Source: Candidatus Saccharimonadota bacterium (GTDB lineage Bacteria > Patescibacteriota > Gracilibacteria > BD1-5 > UBA6164). From it: 32,000 bases of DNA. This document shows, in pieces, positions 31,820 through 32,000 of this stretch (its first letter is position 1; every line of letters begins with the position of its first letter). The notes under the pieces are model-generated. The model was not told the origin of the DNA. It made no database searches and worked only from the letters and a program-made list of their open reading frames with translations. The DNA lies in the NCBI GenBank assembly GCA_965227835.1, contig OZ245768.1, forward strand, positions 1,200,001 to 1,232,000. Reading direction: 5' to 3'. The position numbers were made by a program, and so were the translations under genes.

Positions 31820-32000
31820 TTAGAAATTATCTTCAACGTACTCTATTAACAATAGATAAAATAATCATATATCTCCTTTTCAAATACCATCTTTTTCTAA
31901 CTTTATATATTTTCAATCAATTTTAAATATAAAGTCTTTATATTTATGTGTAGTGTTATTACTTAATTCAATTTTGTAGTTAAGCATATACAAAAAATAA
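31820..32000 (-). CDS. possible 3' end of a gene entering from beyond the window (weak)
   Basis: The frame is open for 59 codons from the window edge to TAA at 31820-31822, with three TGA=Gly. The sequence ...KIDGKYIKLEKDGIGKGDIGLFYLLLIEYVEDNF looks protein-like. No family recognised. Confidence 0.3.

Noticed and set aside
31827-31868. A 13-codon ORF with a strong SD (AAAAGGAGATATATG) as a leader peptide
   Set aside because: It is too short to support, it overlaps a longer open frame on the same strand that runs from the window edge, and there is no downstream gene in the window to regulate.
1-32000. Reading the many TGA-interrupted genes as pseudogenes or as a decaying genome
   Set aside because: The interruptions are always TGA, never TAA or TAG. 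The frames are preserved over hundreds of codons, and TGA coincides with invariant Gly in several unrelated families. Recoding explains all of this.
1-32000. Genetic code 4 (TGA = Trp, Mycoplasma-like) as the explanation
   Set aside because: TGA aligns to conserved Gly (GxGKS P-loops, SHMT GYPGKRYYGG, HxHxDHxGA, KWxGGK), not to Trp, and Trp positions use TGG.
1-32000. CRISPR arrays, rRNA and tRNA genes
   Set aside because: No spaced direct repeats were seen, and no G+C-rich blocks of 70-90 nt or longer with RNA-gene signatures. The only GC-rich patches are terminators, the 17.5-kb leader and the IS ends.

Overview
This is an AT-rich bacterial (CPR-type) chromosome segment that is only readable under genetic code 25. 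TGA is a sense codon for glycine: it sits at invariant Gly positions of SHMT, RNase J, Dam and P-loops. TAA and TAG are the only stops. This points to Gracilibacteria or Absconditabacteria (SR1). The supplied standard-code ORF track is therefore fragmented, and several of its ORFs are antisense artefacts. I re-read the window by hand with TGA=Gly and obtained about 31 densely packed genes. Left to right: (1) Membrane and secreted hypotheticals (1-2937). (2) A defence island (3032-9344) holding a DUF4143-type AAA ATPase; a module of HTH controller, 105-aa ORF and amino-methyltransferase with a C-box-like palindrome upstream; and a tight operon of Dam, AIPR and a DpnII-family endonuclease. (3) Housekeeping genes rnj, ftsX, rluD, a recO-like gene, an S41 peptidase and glyA. 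(4) A 799-aa ATP-grasp ligase fused to a DUF1704 (MATCAP-like carboxypeptidase) domain, lying directly after an ftsX that has no ftsE. (5) A compositionally odd, TGA-free small membrane-protein gene with a consensus promoter, a roughly 200-nt structured leader and a GC-rich terminator. (6) A type IV secretion-like cluster: a 943-aa coupling-protein-like ATPase plus three genes carrying 3+3+1 VirB2/TrbC-like pilin modules, facing a three-gene operon of unknowns. (7) An ankyrin-repeat lipoprotein. (8) An IS200-type element whose TnpA also uses TGA=Gly. I saw no rRNA, tRNA or CRISPR array. All translations and family calls come from hand translation and motif memory; no searches were run.
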